From assembly GCA_964567645.1 (NCBI GenBank), contig CAZMNE010000002.1, positions 1-51,746 on the forward strand: a DNA stretch of 51,746 nucleotides, given 5' to 3'. Under the pieces are notes generated by a model. It made no database searches, was not told the DNA's origin, and worked only from the letters and a program-made list of their open reading frames with translations. Source of the DNA: an uncultured Gammaproteobacteria bacterium (GTDB lineage: Bacteria; Patescibacteriota; Patescibacteriia; Patescibacteriales; UBA12465). The translations under genes were made by a program, and so were the position numbers. Every line of letters begins with the position of its first letter. Position 1 is the stretch's first letter. This document shows positions 17,171-26,121 of the stretch, one piece after another.

Positions 17171-20098
17171 ATGGGAAATAATCAAGATCAAAAAATAAAA
17201 ATGGAGGACAGGGTTTTGCAATTTTGGAAAGATAATGAAATTTTTGAAAAAACCTTGCAAAAAAATTCTCCGGCTGGTGATTATGTTTTTTATGATGGCC
17301 CCCCTTTTGCTACGGGAACTCCTCATTATGGTCATATTGTTGGTCAAATCATGAAAGACGTGGTTCCTAGATTTTTTACTATGAAAGGTTATCGGGTTGA
17401 CAGAAAGTGGGGTTGGGATTGTCATGGTTTGCCAATTGAGAATATTGTTGAAAAGGAAATGGGTACTAAATCTAAAAAAGATATTGAAGATCTTGGTATT
17501 AAAAAATTTAATAATACTTGCCGTTCCAAGGTTTTAGAATATGCTGATGAGTGGTATAAGGTTTCTGATAAATTGGGTCGCTTTGTTGATAAAAAAAATG
17601 CTTATCACACTATGGATTTGTCTTTTATGGAATCAATTTGGTGGGTTTTTAAACAATTATGGGACAAAGATTTGATTTATAAGGATTATAGGTCTATGCA
17701 TGTTTGCCCTCGTTGTGAAACGACCTTGTCTCAGTCAGAGGTAGCTGAGGGCTATCAAGATATTAAGGATCTTTCTTGTATATCTAAGTTTGAATTGATA
17801 GATGAACCTGGAACTTTTGTTTTAGCTTGGACAACTACCCCCTGGACTTTAATTGGAAATGTGGCTTTGGCTGTGGGAGCTAATATTGATTATGTTAAGG
17901 TTGCACAAGTTAAAGAGGATGGTAGTGTTGAAAAATTAATTTTAGCCAAGGAGAGATTATCTGACGTTTTAAAGGACAAAAAAATTGAGTTATTAGAGGA
18001 CTTCAAGGGCTCTCAATTATTAGGTAAAAAATATCGTCCTTTATTTGATTATTATTTAAATGATGAAAAGATAGAAAAAAAAGAAAATGCTTGGAAAATA
18101 TATTCAGCTGATTTTGTTACCACCGAAGACGGAACTGGGGTTGTCCACATTGCTCCTGCTTTTGGTCAGGATGATATGAATTTAGGAAAAGAAAATAACT
18201 TGCCGTTTATTCAGCACGTTAATATGGAAGGAACTTTTAAAGAAGAAGTGATTGATTTTCCGGGTTTAAATGTGAAGCCTAGTGGTGAGCACATGTCAAC
18301 TGATATTGAAATTATTAAATATTTAGCTGGAAAAAATTTATTATTTGATAAAGCTAAATATGAACATAGTTATCCTCATTGTTGGCGTTGCGATACTCCT
18401 TTAATAAATTATGCCACCTCTTCTTGGTTTGTAGCTGTTACTAAAATTAAAGAACAGCTTTTAAAGTCAGCTGAAAATATTAATTGGTCACCAGCCCATA
18501 TTAAGAATGGTCGTTTTGGTAATTGGCTGGAAGGTGCTCGTGATTGGTCTATTTCTCGTCAGAGGTTTTGGGCTAGCGTTATTCCGGTTTGGGAGTGTTC
18601 TTGTGGTGCTAGAAAAGTTATTGGCAGTGTTAAAGAGCTAGAAGATTTAAGTGGGCAAAAAATATCCGATATTCATAAGGATGTGGTTGACGAGGTTGAG
18701 TTTGCTTGTCCAGATTGTGGTGGTAAAATGAAGAGAATCCCAGATGTTTTAGATTGTTGGTTTGAAAGCGGATCAATGCCTTATGCTCAGCTTCATTATC
18801 CTTTTGAAAATAAAGAAAAATTTGAAAATAATTTTCCAGCTGAATTTATCGCCGAGGGAATTGATCAAACTAGGGCTTGGTTTTATTATCTTCACGTTAT
18901 TTCTGGAGGGGTAAAACAAAATCAGGCCTTTAATAATGCTGTTGTTAATGGAATTGTTTTAGCCGAAGATGGAAAAAAAATGGCAAAAAAATTAAAAAAT
19001 TATCCCGATCCTTTATTGATAGTAGATAAATATGGAGCTGATTCTTTAAGGGCTTATTTACTTTCATCGCCAGTTATTCAAGCAGAAAATTTAAATTTTT
19101 CTGAAAAGGGAGTGGAAGAGGCCTTGAGAAAAAATATTATGCTTATTAATAATATTTATAATTTTTATCAGATGTACTCTGATTCTTTGCTGGAAGATGA
19201 TTTTTCTGAGTATAAAAATAGTACTAATGTTTTAGATCTTTGGATTTTAATAAAAATTAACAGATTAATAAAAGAGGTTGAATCAGCTATGTTGGGTTAT
19301 AATTTAAATAGAGCGATGCGACCAATTACTGAATTTATTGATGAATTTTCTACCTGGTATCTGCGTCGTAGCAGAGATCGGCTTAAGGGTGATGATAATT
19401 TAGATAAAAATAGAGCCTTATCAACTATGAGATTTGTTTTTTTGAACCTATCTAAGGTTATGGCCCCCTTTATGCCCTTCATATCAGAAGATTTATGGCA
19501 AAAGATTTCTGGTTATAATTTTTCTGATTCAGAAAAAAGTGTTCACTTAGAAACTTGGCCGTCTTTTATCGAAAATGATAATGAAGAAGAGAGCCTAGAA
19601 GCCATGAATGAGGTTAGAAGAATTGTGGAGCTGGGATTATCAGAAAGAGATAGCGCTGGAATTAAAGTTAGACAGATTTTAAATAAAGCTATTGTTTTGG
19701 CTAAGGGTTTAAAAATAACTAATCAAAAAAACTATTCAGGCTTAATAATGGAGGAATTAAATGTTAAATCAGTTGAATTTAAAGAGGGTTCGGAAGAGCT
19801 AAAAGTTGATATAGATACTGAGATAACCCCAGAATTAAAATTAGAGGGCGGAAAGAGAGAGTTAATTCGTTTTATAAATTTAATGAGAAAAGATTTAAAT
19901 TTATCAATCGGAGATTTGGCTGTAACCTTGGTTGAATCTGATAGTATTTTTGTAAAAAACATAATTGAAACATTTTTTGAAAATATTAGAAAAGAAACCT
20001 TGAGCTCCGATTTGAAGATTGCCCCTATGGAAGATGGCTTAATAGCGAAAGAATTTAAAATTGATGGAGAGATTATTAAAATTTCTTTAAAAAAATAA
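17171..20098 (+). CDS. ileS: Isoleucine--tRNA ligase, type 2 (eukaryote/archaeal-like)
   Basis: PPFATGTPHYGHIVGQIMKDVVPRF (HIGH region of type-2 IleRS), WDCHGLPIE, editing-domain TTTPWTL, and KMSKS variant KKMAKKLKNYPDP. 975 aa. Confidence 0.95.
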   Translation: MGNNQDQKIKMEDRVLQFWKDNEIFEKTLQKNSPAGDYVFYDGPPFATGTPHYGHIVGQIMKDVVPRFFTMKGYRVDRKWGWDCHGLPIENIVEKEMGTKSKKDIEDLGIKKFNNTCRSKVLEYADEWYKVSDKLGRFVDKKNAYHTMDLSFMESIWWVFKQLWDKDLIYKDYRSMHVCPRCETTLSQSEVAEGYQDIKDLSCISKFELIDEPGTFVLAWTTTPWTLIGNVALAVGANIDYVKVAQVKEDGSVEKLILAKERLSDVLKDKKIELLEDFKGSQLLGKKYRPLFDYYLNDEKIEKKENAWKIYSADFVTTEDGTGVVHIAPAFGQDDMNLGKENNLPFIQHVNMEGTFKEEVIDFPGLNVKPSGEHMSTDIEIIKYLAGKNLLFDKAKYEHSYPHCWRCDTPLINYATSSWFVAVTKIKEQLLKSAENINWSPAHIKNGRFGNWLEGARDWSISRQRFWASVIPVWECSCGARKVIGSVKELEDLSGQKISDIHKDVVDEVEFACPDCGGKMKRIPDVLDCWFESGSMPYAQLHYPFENKEKFENNFPAEFIAEGIDQTRAWFYYLHVISGGVKQNQAFNNAVVNGIVLAEDGKKMAKKLKNYPDPLLIVDKYGADSLRAYLLSSPVIQAENLNFSEKGVEEALRKNIMLINNIYNFYQMYSDSLLEDDFSEYKNSTNVLDLWILIKINRLIKEVESAMLGYNLNRAMRPITEFIDEFSTWYLRRSRDRLKGDDNLDKNRALSTMRFVFLNLSKVMAPFMPFISEDLWQKISGYNFSDSEKSVHLETWPSFIENDNEEESLEAMNEVRRIVELGLSERDSAGIKVRQILNKAIVLAKGLKITNQKNYSGLIMEELNVKSVEFKEGSEELKVDIDTEITPELKLEGGKRELIRFINLMRKDLNLSIGDLAVTLVESDSIFVKNIIETFFENIRKETLSSDLKIAPMEDGLIAKEFKIDGEIIKISLKK

Positions 20099-20106
20099 AA
20101 ACATTC

Positions 20107-20135
20107 TTGTTTTTTTAGTCCATTTTTGTTATAAT
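20107..20135 (+). promoter_or_regulatory. Sigma70-like promoter upstream of lemA
   Basis: TTGTTT (20107-20112), a 17-nt spacer, then TATAAT (20130-20135). Confidence 0.4.
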
Positions 20136-20165
20136 ATCTTTACTTATAATTAATAAAAAATATTT

Positions 20166-20732
20166 ATGTCTACTGCTCTTTGGGTAGTTTTAGCAATTTT
20201 GTTCATTTTAATTATTGCTATCATTTCCATGTATAATGGTTTAATTCGTTTAAAAAACAGGGTTGATGAAGCTTGGAGCGATATCGATGTTCAGTTAAAG
20301 AGGCGTTATGATTTAATTCCAAATCTAGTGGAAACGGTTAAGGGTTATGCTTCTCACGAAAAAGAAACCTTAGAGAATGTTATTCAGGCTAGAAATTCTG
20401 CTATGTCAATGCAAAACAGTTCTGATATTGAGGGAAAACTAAAAGCGGAAAATAATTTATCTTCTACCCTTAAATCAATTTTTGCTTTAAGTGAAAATTA
20501 TCCGGATTTAAAAGCTAATCAAAACTTTCTAGAATTACAAAGAGAATTGGCTGATACTGAAAACAAGATTCAAGCTTCTCGTCGTTTTTATAATGGAAAT
20601 GTTCGGGATTTTAATACTAAGCTACAAGTTTTTCCGACTAATATTATTGCCAAGCAATTAGGTTTTTCTTTTCGAAATTTTTTTGAGATAGAAGAAGCTT
20701 CTCAAAGAAAAAATATTGAAGTTAAGTTTTAA
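20166..20732 (+). CDS. lemA: LemA family protein
   Basis: Single N-terminal TM helix followed by YNGLIRLKNRVDEAWSDIDVQLKRRYDLIPNLVETVKGYASHEKETL...ENYPDLKANQNFLELQ...RRFYN, which is canonical LemA. Confidence 0.9.
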   Translation: MSTALWVVLAILFILIIAIISMYNGLIRLKNRVDEAWSDIDVQLKRRYDLIPNLVETVKGYASHEKETLENVIQARNSAMSMQNSSDIEGKLKAENNLSSTLKSIFALSENYPDLKANQNFLELQRELADTENKIQASRRFYNGNVRDFNTKLQVFPTNIIAKQLGFSFRNFFEIEEASQRKNIEVKF

Positions 20733-20743
20733 TTTATTATTTT

Positions 20744-20851
20744 ATGGACTATCTTTCAAGTGGGAGTTCTTTTCCCATCGGCTCTGCCTTAGCTATTTTA
20801 GCGGTGGCCGGTATAATTGTAATAATTGTTTATAATAAATTTTTTAAATAA
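20744..20851 (+). CDS. Candidate 35-aa single-TM micropeptide (unannotated small ORF)
   Basis: ATG at 20744, TAA at 20849-20851. It encodes MDYLSSGSSFPIGSALAILAVAGIIVIIVYNKFFK, with a hydrophobic helix and a basic C-terminus. A terminator hairpin follows. No homology is claimed. Confidence 0.3.
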   Translation: MDYLSSGSSFPIGSALAILAVAGIIVIIVYNKFFK

Positions 20852-20871
20852 TTAAAATATTTAAAATAAAG

Positions 20872-20900
20872 TTACCTTGATTTTAGTCAGGGTAATTTAT
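20872..20900 (+). terminator. Intrinsic terminator after lemA and the small ORF
   Basis: 9-bp stem TTACCTTGA (20872-20880) / TCAGGGTAA (20887-20895) with one G-U pair, followed by a T-rich tract. Confidence 0.5.
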
Positions 20901-20910
20901 TGTTTAAGAT

Positions 20911-21819
20911 ATGACTTTATATAATCATAGCGATCTAAATAAAAGAAAAACTTGGTTTTTATTTACTGGTTTTTTTATTTTTGCTATGTTAGTTGGTTAT
21001 GTTTTTAGTGTTGCCATGGAAAATTCCATGATTTTATATGTTGTGGTTTTTATAAGCATTATTTCTTCTTTCATTTCCTATTGGTTTAGTGATAAAATTG
21101 TTTTATCTATGAGCGGAGCTCATCAGCTTAAGTTTGAGGATAATAAAGAATTATATCGATTGGTAGAAAATTTGTGTATTTCTATTGGGCTTCCAACTCC
21201 TAAAATTTATATTATCAATGATCCTTCTCCCAACGCTTTTGCTACTGGAAGAAATCCTAAAAATGCAGTTATAGCCGTGACTACTGGGCTTTTAAATAAA
21301 CTAGAAAAAAGTGAATTAGAGGGTGTAATTGCCCATGAATTATCGCATGTAAAAAATTATGATATCTTAATTGCAACTTTAACAACTGTTATGGTTGGAA
21401 TGATTGTTCTTTTAGCTGATTGGTTTAGAAGGTGGGCTTTTTACTCTGGGGGAAAATCCCGTAGCAATGAAAATAAAGGTCAATTACAATTGATTATAAT
21501 AATACTAGCTATTGTTTTTTCTATTTTAGCCCCAATTTTTGCTTATATTATGCAATTTGCTATTTCTCGAAAAAGAGAGTTTTTAGCTGATGCTGATGGA
21601 GCTTTAATAACTAGGTATCCCGAAGGTTTGGCTAGGGCTTTAGAAAAAATATCTTCTGATCCTAACGATTTAAAAAAGGCTAATCGAGCTACGGCTCACT
21701 TATATATATCCTCACCTTTGAAGCAAAAAAATAAAAAAAGTTTGTGGGTCAAGGCTTTTATGACTCATCCGCCGATTGAAGATCGAGTTAAAGCTTTGAG
21801 AGGAATGGATATATCATAA
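20911..21819 (+). CDS. htpX: Zinc metalloprotease HtpX (peptidase M48)
   Basis: TM helices, then PNAFATGRNPKNAVIAVTTGLL and the HExxH motif (IAHELSHVKN). Further TM helices follow, then REFLADADGA and a C-terminal THPPIEDRV. Confidence 0.9.
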   Translation: MTLYNHSDLNKRKTWFLFTGFFIFAMLVGYVFSVAMENSMILYVVVFISIISSFISYWFSDKIVLSMSGAHQLKFEDNKELYRLVENLCISIGLPTPKIYIINDPSPNAFATGRNPKNAVIAVTTGLLNKLEKSELEGVIAHELSHVKNYDILIATLTTVMVGMIVLLADWFRRWAFYSGGKSRSNENKGQLQLIIIILAIVFSILAPIFAYIMQFAISRKREFLADADGALITRYPEGLARALEKISSDPNDLKKANRATAHLYISSPLKQKNKKSLWVKAFMTHPPIEDRVKALRGMDIS

Positions 21820-21885
21820 AAATAAAAATTAATAAAACCTTTCTGGTTTATAGCATTGGGCTGAAGCTAAATAGGTATCAAAAAA

Positions 21886-22935
21886 ATGAATGCTAAAATA
21901 ATTGCGACTATTGGACCAAGTTCAGAAAACTATAATTCTTTAAAATCAATGGCCCTTAGCGGAATGGACTTAATTAGAATGAATTTTTCTCATGCTAATT
22001 ATGATCAGTATTATAAAATAAAAGAAAATATTGATAAAATAAACAAAGAATTAAATATTAATATTAAAATTTTATTTGATTTACAAGGACCTAGAATTAG
22101 AGTTGGAAAACTAAAGCACGAGGTTGAGATTATTGAGGGAGAGACTTATATTTTTATGTATGGCAAGGGTAATATAGATAATTTAGAAATTCCAATTGAT
22201 GATTCAGAATTGATTAATGATTTAAAAATTGGTGATCCCATATATTTAGATAATGGAATGATAGAGCTTCGGGTGGTGGAGATAAATTTACTGGAAAATA
22301 AATTCACAGCCAAAACTGAGAGAGGCGGCTTATTATTATCTCGTAAAGGAGTTAATGTTCCTAGGACTATTTTAAATAGAGATATTTTAACAGCTAAGGA
22401 TTTATTGGATATAGAATTTGCCAAAAAGGTTAAGCCAGATTTTGTAGCTGCCTCATTTGTGCAAAATCCTGAAGATGTTGTTAAGGTTAAAAAGGCTATT
22501 GATGACGATAATATTAAAATTATTTCAAAAATTGAGAGAGGAGTGTCTTTGGAAAATATTGATGGGATTATCAGAAACTCTGATTGTATTATGATTGCTC
22601 GTGGTGATTTAGGAATTGAAATTCCGATGGAAGACCTTCCTATAGTTCAAAAAAACTTAATTAGGCACGCTCATTGGCATGATAAGCCAACCATAGTGGC
22701 TACTCAGATGATGGCTTCTATGATCGATCATTATCGTCCCACTAGAGCCGAGGTTAGTGATGTGGCTAATGCTATTTTTGATGGAGCTGATGCTTTAATG
22801 TTGTCAGATGAAACCGCTATAGGGAAATATCCGGTTGAGACTGTTCATAATATGAATAAAATTATTAAAAGAACAGATCAATATTTTAGTCATCGTAATT
22901 ATTTTGATAATTTGGAAATTATTTATAAAAAATAA
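21886..22935 (+). CDS. pyk: Pyruvate kinase, short form lacking the C-terminal domain
   Basis: KIIATIGPSS...LIRMNFSH...DLQGPRIRVG...IARGDLGIEIP...TQMMASM...PTRAEVSDVANAIFDGADALMLSDETA. The protein ends about 30 aa after the A domain (349 aa). Confidence 0.85.
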   Translation: MNAKIIATIGPSSENYNSLKSMALSGMDLIRMNFSHANYDQYYKIKENIDKINKELNINIKILFDLQGPRIRVGKLKHEVEIIEGETYIFMYGKGNIDNLEIPIDDSELINDLKIGDPIYLDNGMIELRVVEINLLENKFTAKTERGGLLLSRKGVNVPRTILNRDILTAKDLLDIEFAKKVKPDFVAASFVQNPEDVVKVKKAIDDDNIKIISKIERGVSLENIDGIIRNSDCIMIARGDLGIEIPMEDLPIVQKNLIRHAHWHDKPTIVATQMMASMIDHYRPTRAEVSDVANAIFDGADALMLSDETAIGKYPVETVHNMNKIIKRTDQYFSHRNYFDNLEIIYKK

Positions 22936-22945
22936 TTTATTAATA

Positions 22946-24178
22946 ATGAAAAAAATTGAATTATTGGCTCCGGCCGGAAATTTCTTAAAAATGAAGACAG
23001 CCTTAACTCATGGGGCTGATGCTGTTTATTTGGGAATCCCTGATTTTTCCCTACGAGTGAGGATTAATGATTTTAATTTAAAATCTCTATCTCAGGCCAT
23101 TGAGTATGCTCATGATCAGAAAAAGAAAGTTTATGTTACGGTTAATATTTTTGCTCACAATCATCATATTGATAAATTGCCAAAATATTTAAAATTATTA
23201 AATAAATTATCGCCCGATGGTCTTATAATTTCTGATCCGGGAATATTATCTTTAGTGAAAAAACATTGTCCTAAGATTGATATTCATTTGTCTACTCAGG
23301 CCAATTGTACAAATTATGAAGCTGTTAAGTTTTGGCAAAAACAAGGGGTCAAAAGGATAATATTGGGTCGAGAAACTACTCTAGAAGAGATAAAGAAAAT
23401 TCATCAAAAATGCCCTAAAATAGAATTGGAATATTTTGTTCATGGAGCGATGTGCATGGCCTACTCGGGTCGTTGCTTTTTGTCGAAGGATTTTGTTGGC
23501 CGTAGTGCTAATTTAGGGGATTGTGTTCAGCCTTGTCGCTGGGAGTATGATGTTTTTATTAAAGCCAAGGGGCATGAAGAAGAATTAGAATTAGTGCCAG
23601 AAAAGCATGGCTCTTATTTATTGAATTCTAAAGATTTGTGTTTAATAAAAAGCATTCCAGAGCTAATAAAGGCCGGGATAACTAGTTTTAAGATCGAAGG
23701 TCGAGCTAAAAGTGTCTATTATCTAGCTAATATAGTGGGTATATATAAAAAGGCCTTGCTAGACCCAAAAAAGATTAATTTTCTATACAAAGAATTGATA
23801 AACAAAATAACTCATCGAGGCTATACTACTGGTTTTCTATTAAATAAAAAGGGTGAACAGAATACCGCTAATTCTCATTTTTTATCAGATTGGGAGTTTT
23901 GTGGCCAGGTTGTTGAGACTAAGAATAGAAAGATTGGTAATAAAGATATTAATATTATTAAGATTAAGGTTCATAATACCATTAAAGTTGGAGATAAGAT
24001 TGAGATAATTTTGCCAAAATATGGTATAATAAAATTAGATTTAAAGGAGATGTTTGACGTTAAAACCGAAAAAACTATTTTAGAAGCTCATGGTGGTGGG
24101 GGAGGTCAAGAGATAATATTAGAGGTTAATAATAAAATTAAAATTCCAGAATTCTCTGTTTTGAGAAGAAAATTATAA
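22946..24178 (+). CDS. Peptidase U32 family protein (collagenase-like / RNA hydroxylation RlhA-TrhP family)
   Basis: KIELLAPAGNFLKMKTALTHGADAVYLG and the U32 signature EYFVHGAMCMAYSGRCFLS. I place the start at the ATG at 22946 (MKKIELL); the track extension from 22904 overlaps pyk. Confidence 0.85.
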   Translation: MKKIELLAPAGNFLKMKTALTHGADAVYLGIPDFSLRVRINDFNLKSLSQAIEYAHDQKKKVYVTVNIFAHNHHIDKLPKYLKLLNKLSPDGLIISDPGILSLVKKHCPKIDIHLSTQANCTNYEAVKFWQKQGVKRIILGRETTLEEIKKIHQKCPKIELEYFVHGAMCMAYSGRCFLSKDFVGRSANLGDCVQPCRWEYDVFIKAKGHEEELELVPEKHGSYLLNSKDLCLIKSIPELIKAGITSFKIEGRAKSVYYLANIVGIYKKALLDPKKINFLYKELINKITHRGYTTGFLLNKKGEQNTANSHFLSDWEFCGQVVETKNRKIGNKDINIIKIKVHNTIKVGDKIEIILPKYGIIKLDLKEMFDVKTEKTILEAHGGGGGQEIILEVNNKIKIPEFSVLRRKL

Positions 24179-24182
24179 AAAT

Positions 24183-24755
24183 ATGATTTCATATCTAAAA
24201 GGGAAAATTATTTATAAGTTAAAAAATAATGTTGTTTTGGAAGTAAGTAACGTTGGTTATACTATTTTTGTTAGTGATAATTTTTTAAATGAATTAAAGG
24301 CTGATCAGATGATAGAGATTTTTACCCATCAACATGTTAAAGAAGATGCCTTAGATTTATATGGTTTTAAAAGTTTAGCTGAATTAGAGTTCTTCAAGCT
24401 ACTTATTTCTATCTCGGGGGTTGGCCCGAAGTCAGCTTTATCTGTTTTGGCTATAGCTAATTTAGATGATATTAAGGAGTCTATTGTTCAGGGAGATTCT
24501 CATCTTTTAACCAAGGTTTCTGGGATTGGTAAAAAAACGGCCGAAAGAGTAGTTTTGGAGTTAAAAGATAAATTATTTAAAATGGGCGGAGATTATGATT
24601 TATCTAAGGTTGGGTTTGTCGGAGAAGAAATTGATGCTTTGATGGCTCTGGGATATTCAATTCTGGAGGCCCGAGAGGCTTTAAAACAGGTTGATAATGA
24701 TATTTTAGATAGTGGTCAACGTATAAAAGAGGCTTTGAAAAAACTAGCTAAATAA
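24183..24755 (+). CDS. ruvA: Holliday junction branch migration complex subunit RuvA
   Basis: MISYLKGKII..., LYGF, FFKLLISISGVGPKSALSVL (HhH), and VSGIGKKTAERVVLELKDK. 190 aa. No ruvB is adjacent. Confidence 0.9.
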   Translation: MISYLKGKIIYKLKNNVVLEVSNVGYTIFVSDNFLNELKADQMIEIFTHQHVKEDALDLYGFKSLAELEFFKLLISISGVGPKSALSVLAIANLDDIKESIVQGDSHLLTKVSGIGKKTAERVVLELKDKLFKMGGDYDLSKVGFVGEEIDALMALGYSILEAREALKQVDNDILDSGQRIKEALKKLAK

Positions 24756-24777
24756 TAATATTTTTTTATTATTTTTA

Positions 24778-24810
24778 AAAATGCTTAGTATTTACAAAAG
24801 CATTTTTTTT
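24778..24810 (+). terminator. Intrinsic terminator after ruvA
   Basis: 9-bp stem AAAATGCTT (24778-24786) / AAGCATTTT (24798-24806) followed by a T-run. A second, weaker AU-rich hairpin lies at 24837-24859. Confidence 0.6.
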
Positions 24811-24881
24811 AGTTATAGTAATAATATTAAGTTTTCTTGTTTTTGGATAATAAAAACAAATTTTTTTGTTGAAAAACATAT

Positions 24882-26120
24882 ATGAAACAATCATTTCTAT
24901 TTACTAAAACAATTAAAGAATTACCTAAGGATGAAACCTCGTATAATGCTCAAACTTTAATGAGGGCTGGTTTTATTGATAAGGTTGGAGCTGGAATTTA
25001 TACTTTTCTACCTCTAGGATTAAAAGTTTTAAATAAAATAAATAATATTATTAGAGAGGAAATTAACGCTGTCGGTGGGCAAGAAGTTTTGATGCCCGCT
25101 CTTACTCCTAAGGAAGTTTGGCAAACAACTGATCGTTGGGATAATTTTGATGCTTTATTTAAACTGGCTGGTTCAGATGATAAAGAATATGCTATGGGAG
25201 CTACTCATGAAGAGATTGTTACTCCACTGGCTCAAAAATTTACTTTGTCTTATCGAGATTTGCCTTTTGCTATTTATCAAATTCAAACTAAATTTCGTAA
25301 TGAAAAAAGAGCTAAAGCTGGACTGCTTCGAGGCCGAGAATTTTCTATGAAAGATTTATATTCTTTTCATGTCTCTCAAGAAGATTTAGATATTTATTAT
25401 GAAAAAGTTAAGCAAGCTTATTTTAATATCTATAAAAGATTGGGCTTAGGAGAAATTACTCATTTAACCTATTCTTCCGGAGGGGCTTTTTCTAAATATT
25501 CTCACGAATTTCAAACTATTTGTTCAGCTGGAGAGGACCTTATTTATGTTTGTCAGAAATGCAAAACTGCTATTAATAGAGAAATAATAGAAGAGCAAAA
25601 AGATTGTCCCGAATGTGGCGGTCATGATTTTAAAGAAGAAAAAGCTATTGAGGTGGGAAATATTTTTAAATTAGGAACTAAATTTTCTAAGCCTTTTGGT
25701 TTTCAATACAAAAATCAATCTGGTGATATTAGTGATATTATTATGGGTTGTTATGGCATAGGCCCAAGTAGAATATTAGGAACTATTGTAGAGGTTTATC
25801 ATGATGATAGAGGTATTGTTTGGCCAGAAAATATAGCTCCTTTCTCTATTCACTTAATATCTTTAAAACAAAATGATGAAGCTGAAAGAATTTATCAAAG
25901 TTTAATTTCGGCTGGTTTTGAGGTTTTGTATGATGATCGTGATGAGATTTCAGCTGGAGAAAAATTTGCTGACGCTGATTTAATTGGTTGCCCTATTAGA
26001 TTAGTTCTAAGCTCTAAAACCTTATCTGATGATAAGATTGAAATTAAATTAAGAAAAGAAGATGATATTAAAACAGTAGAAATAAAAGATTTAATAACTT
26101 ATTTAAAAAATAAATTATAA
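24882..26120 (+). CDS. proS: Proline--tRNA ligase, minimal form without the INS editing domain
   Basis: Bacterial-type ProRS N-terminus (SFLFTKTIKELPKDETSYNAQTLMRAGFIDKVGAGIYTFLPLGLKVLNKI), motif 2 FRNEKRAKAGLLRGREFSMKD, motif 3 GCYGIGPSRILG, and a C-terminal anticodon-binding domain. It is only 412 aa and has a CxxC...CxxC insert. Confidence 0.8.
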   Translation: MKQSFLFTKTIKELPKDETSYNAQTLMRAGFIDKVGAGIYTFLPLGLKVLNKINNIIREEINAVGGQEVLMPALTPKEVWQTTDRWDNFDALFKLAGSDDKEYAMGATHEEIVTPLAQKFTLSYRDLPFAIYQIQTKFRNEKRAKAGLLRGREFSMKDLYSFHVSQEDLDIYYEKVKQAYFNIYKRLGLGEITHLTYSSGGAFSKYSHEFQTICSAGEDLIYVCQKCKTAINREIIEEQKDCPECGGHDFKEEKAIEVGNIFKLGTKFSKPFGFQYKNQSGDISDIIMGCYGIGPSRILGTIVEVYHDDRGIVWPENIAPFSIHLISLKQNDEAERIYQSLISAGFEVLYDDRDEISAGEKFADADLIGCPIRLVLSSKTLSDDKIEIKLRKEDDIKTVEIKDLITYLKNKL

Positions 26121-26121
26121 T

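Noticed and set aside
22904-22945. N-terminal extensions in the track ORFs for the U32 peptidase (22904), prfA (to 40555), rmlB (TTG 41525), the hemolysin-family gene (TTG 15905) and the large membrane protein (TTG 48833).
   Set aside because: The extensions overlap the upstream gene or a terminator hairpin. They add non-conserved residues ahead of the canonical family N-terminus, and three of the five rely on TTG. An internal ATG with the window's usual A/T context sits right at the conserved N-terminus, so I used that start.
24756-24881. T-box or other riboswitch leaders upstream of the aminoacyl-tRNA synthetase genes: proS (126-nt gap), ileS (21-nt gap) and hisS (3-nt gap).
   Set aside because: The gaps are far too short for a T-box (over 200 nt). 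The proS gap is taken up by two terminator-type AU-rich hairpins belonging to ruvA, and I saw no specifier-loop or T-box consensus (AANNNGGGTGGNACCGCG).
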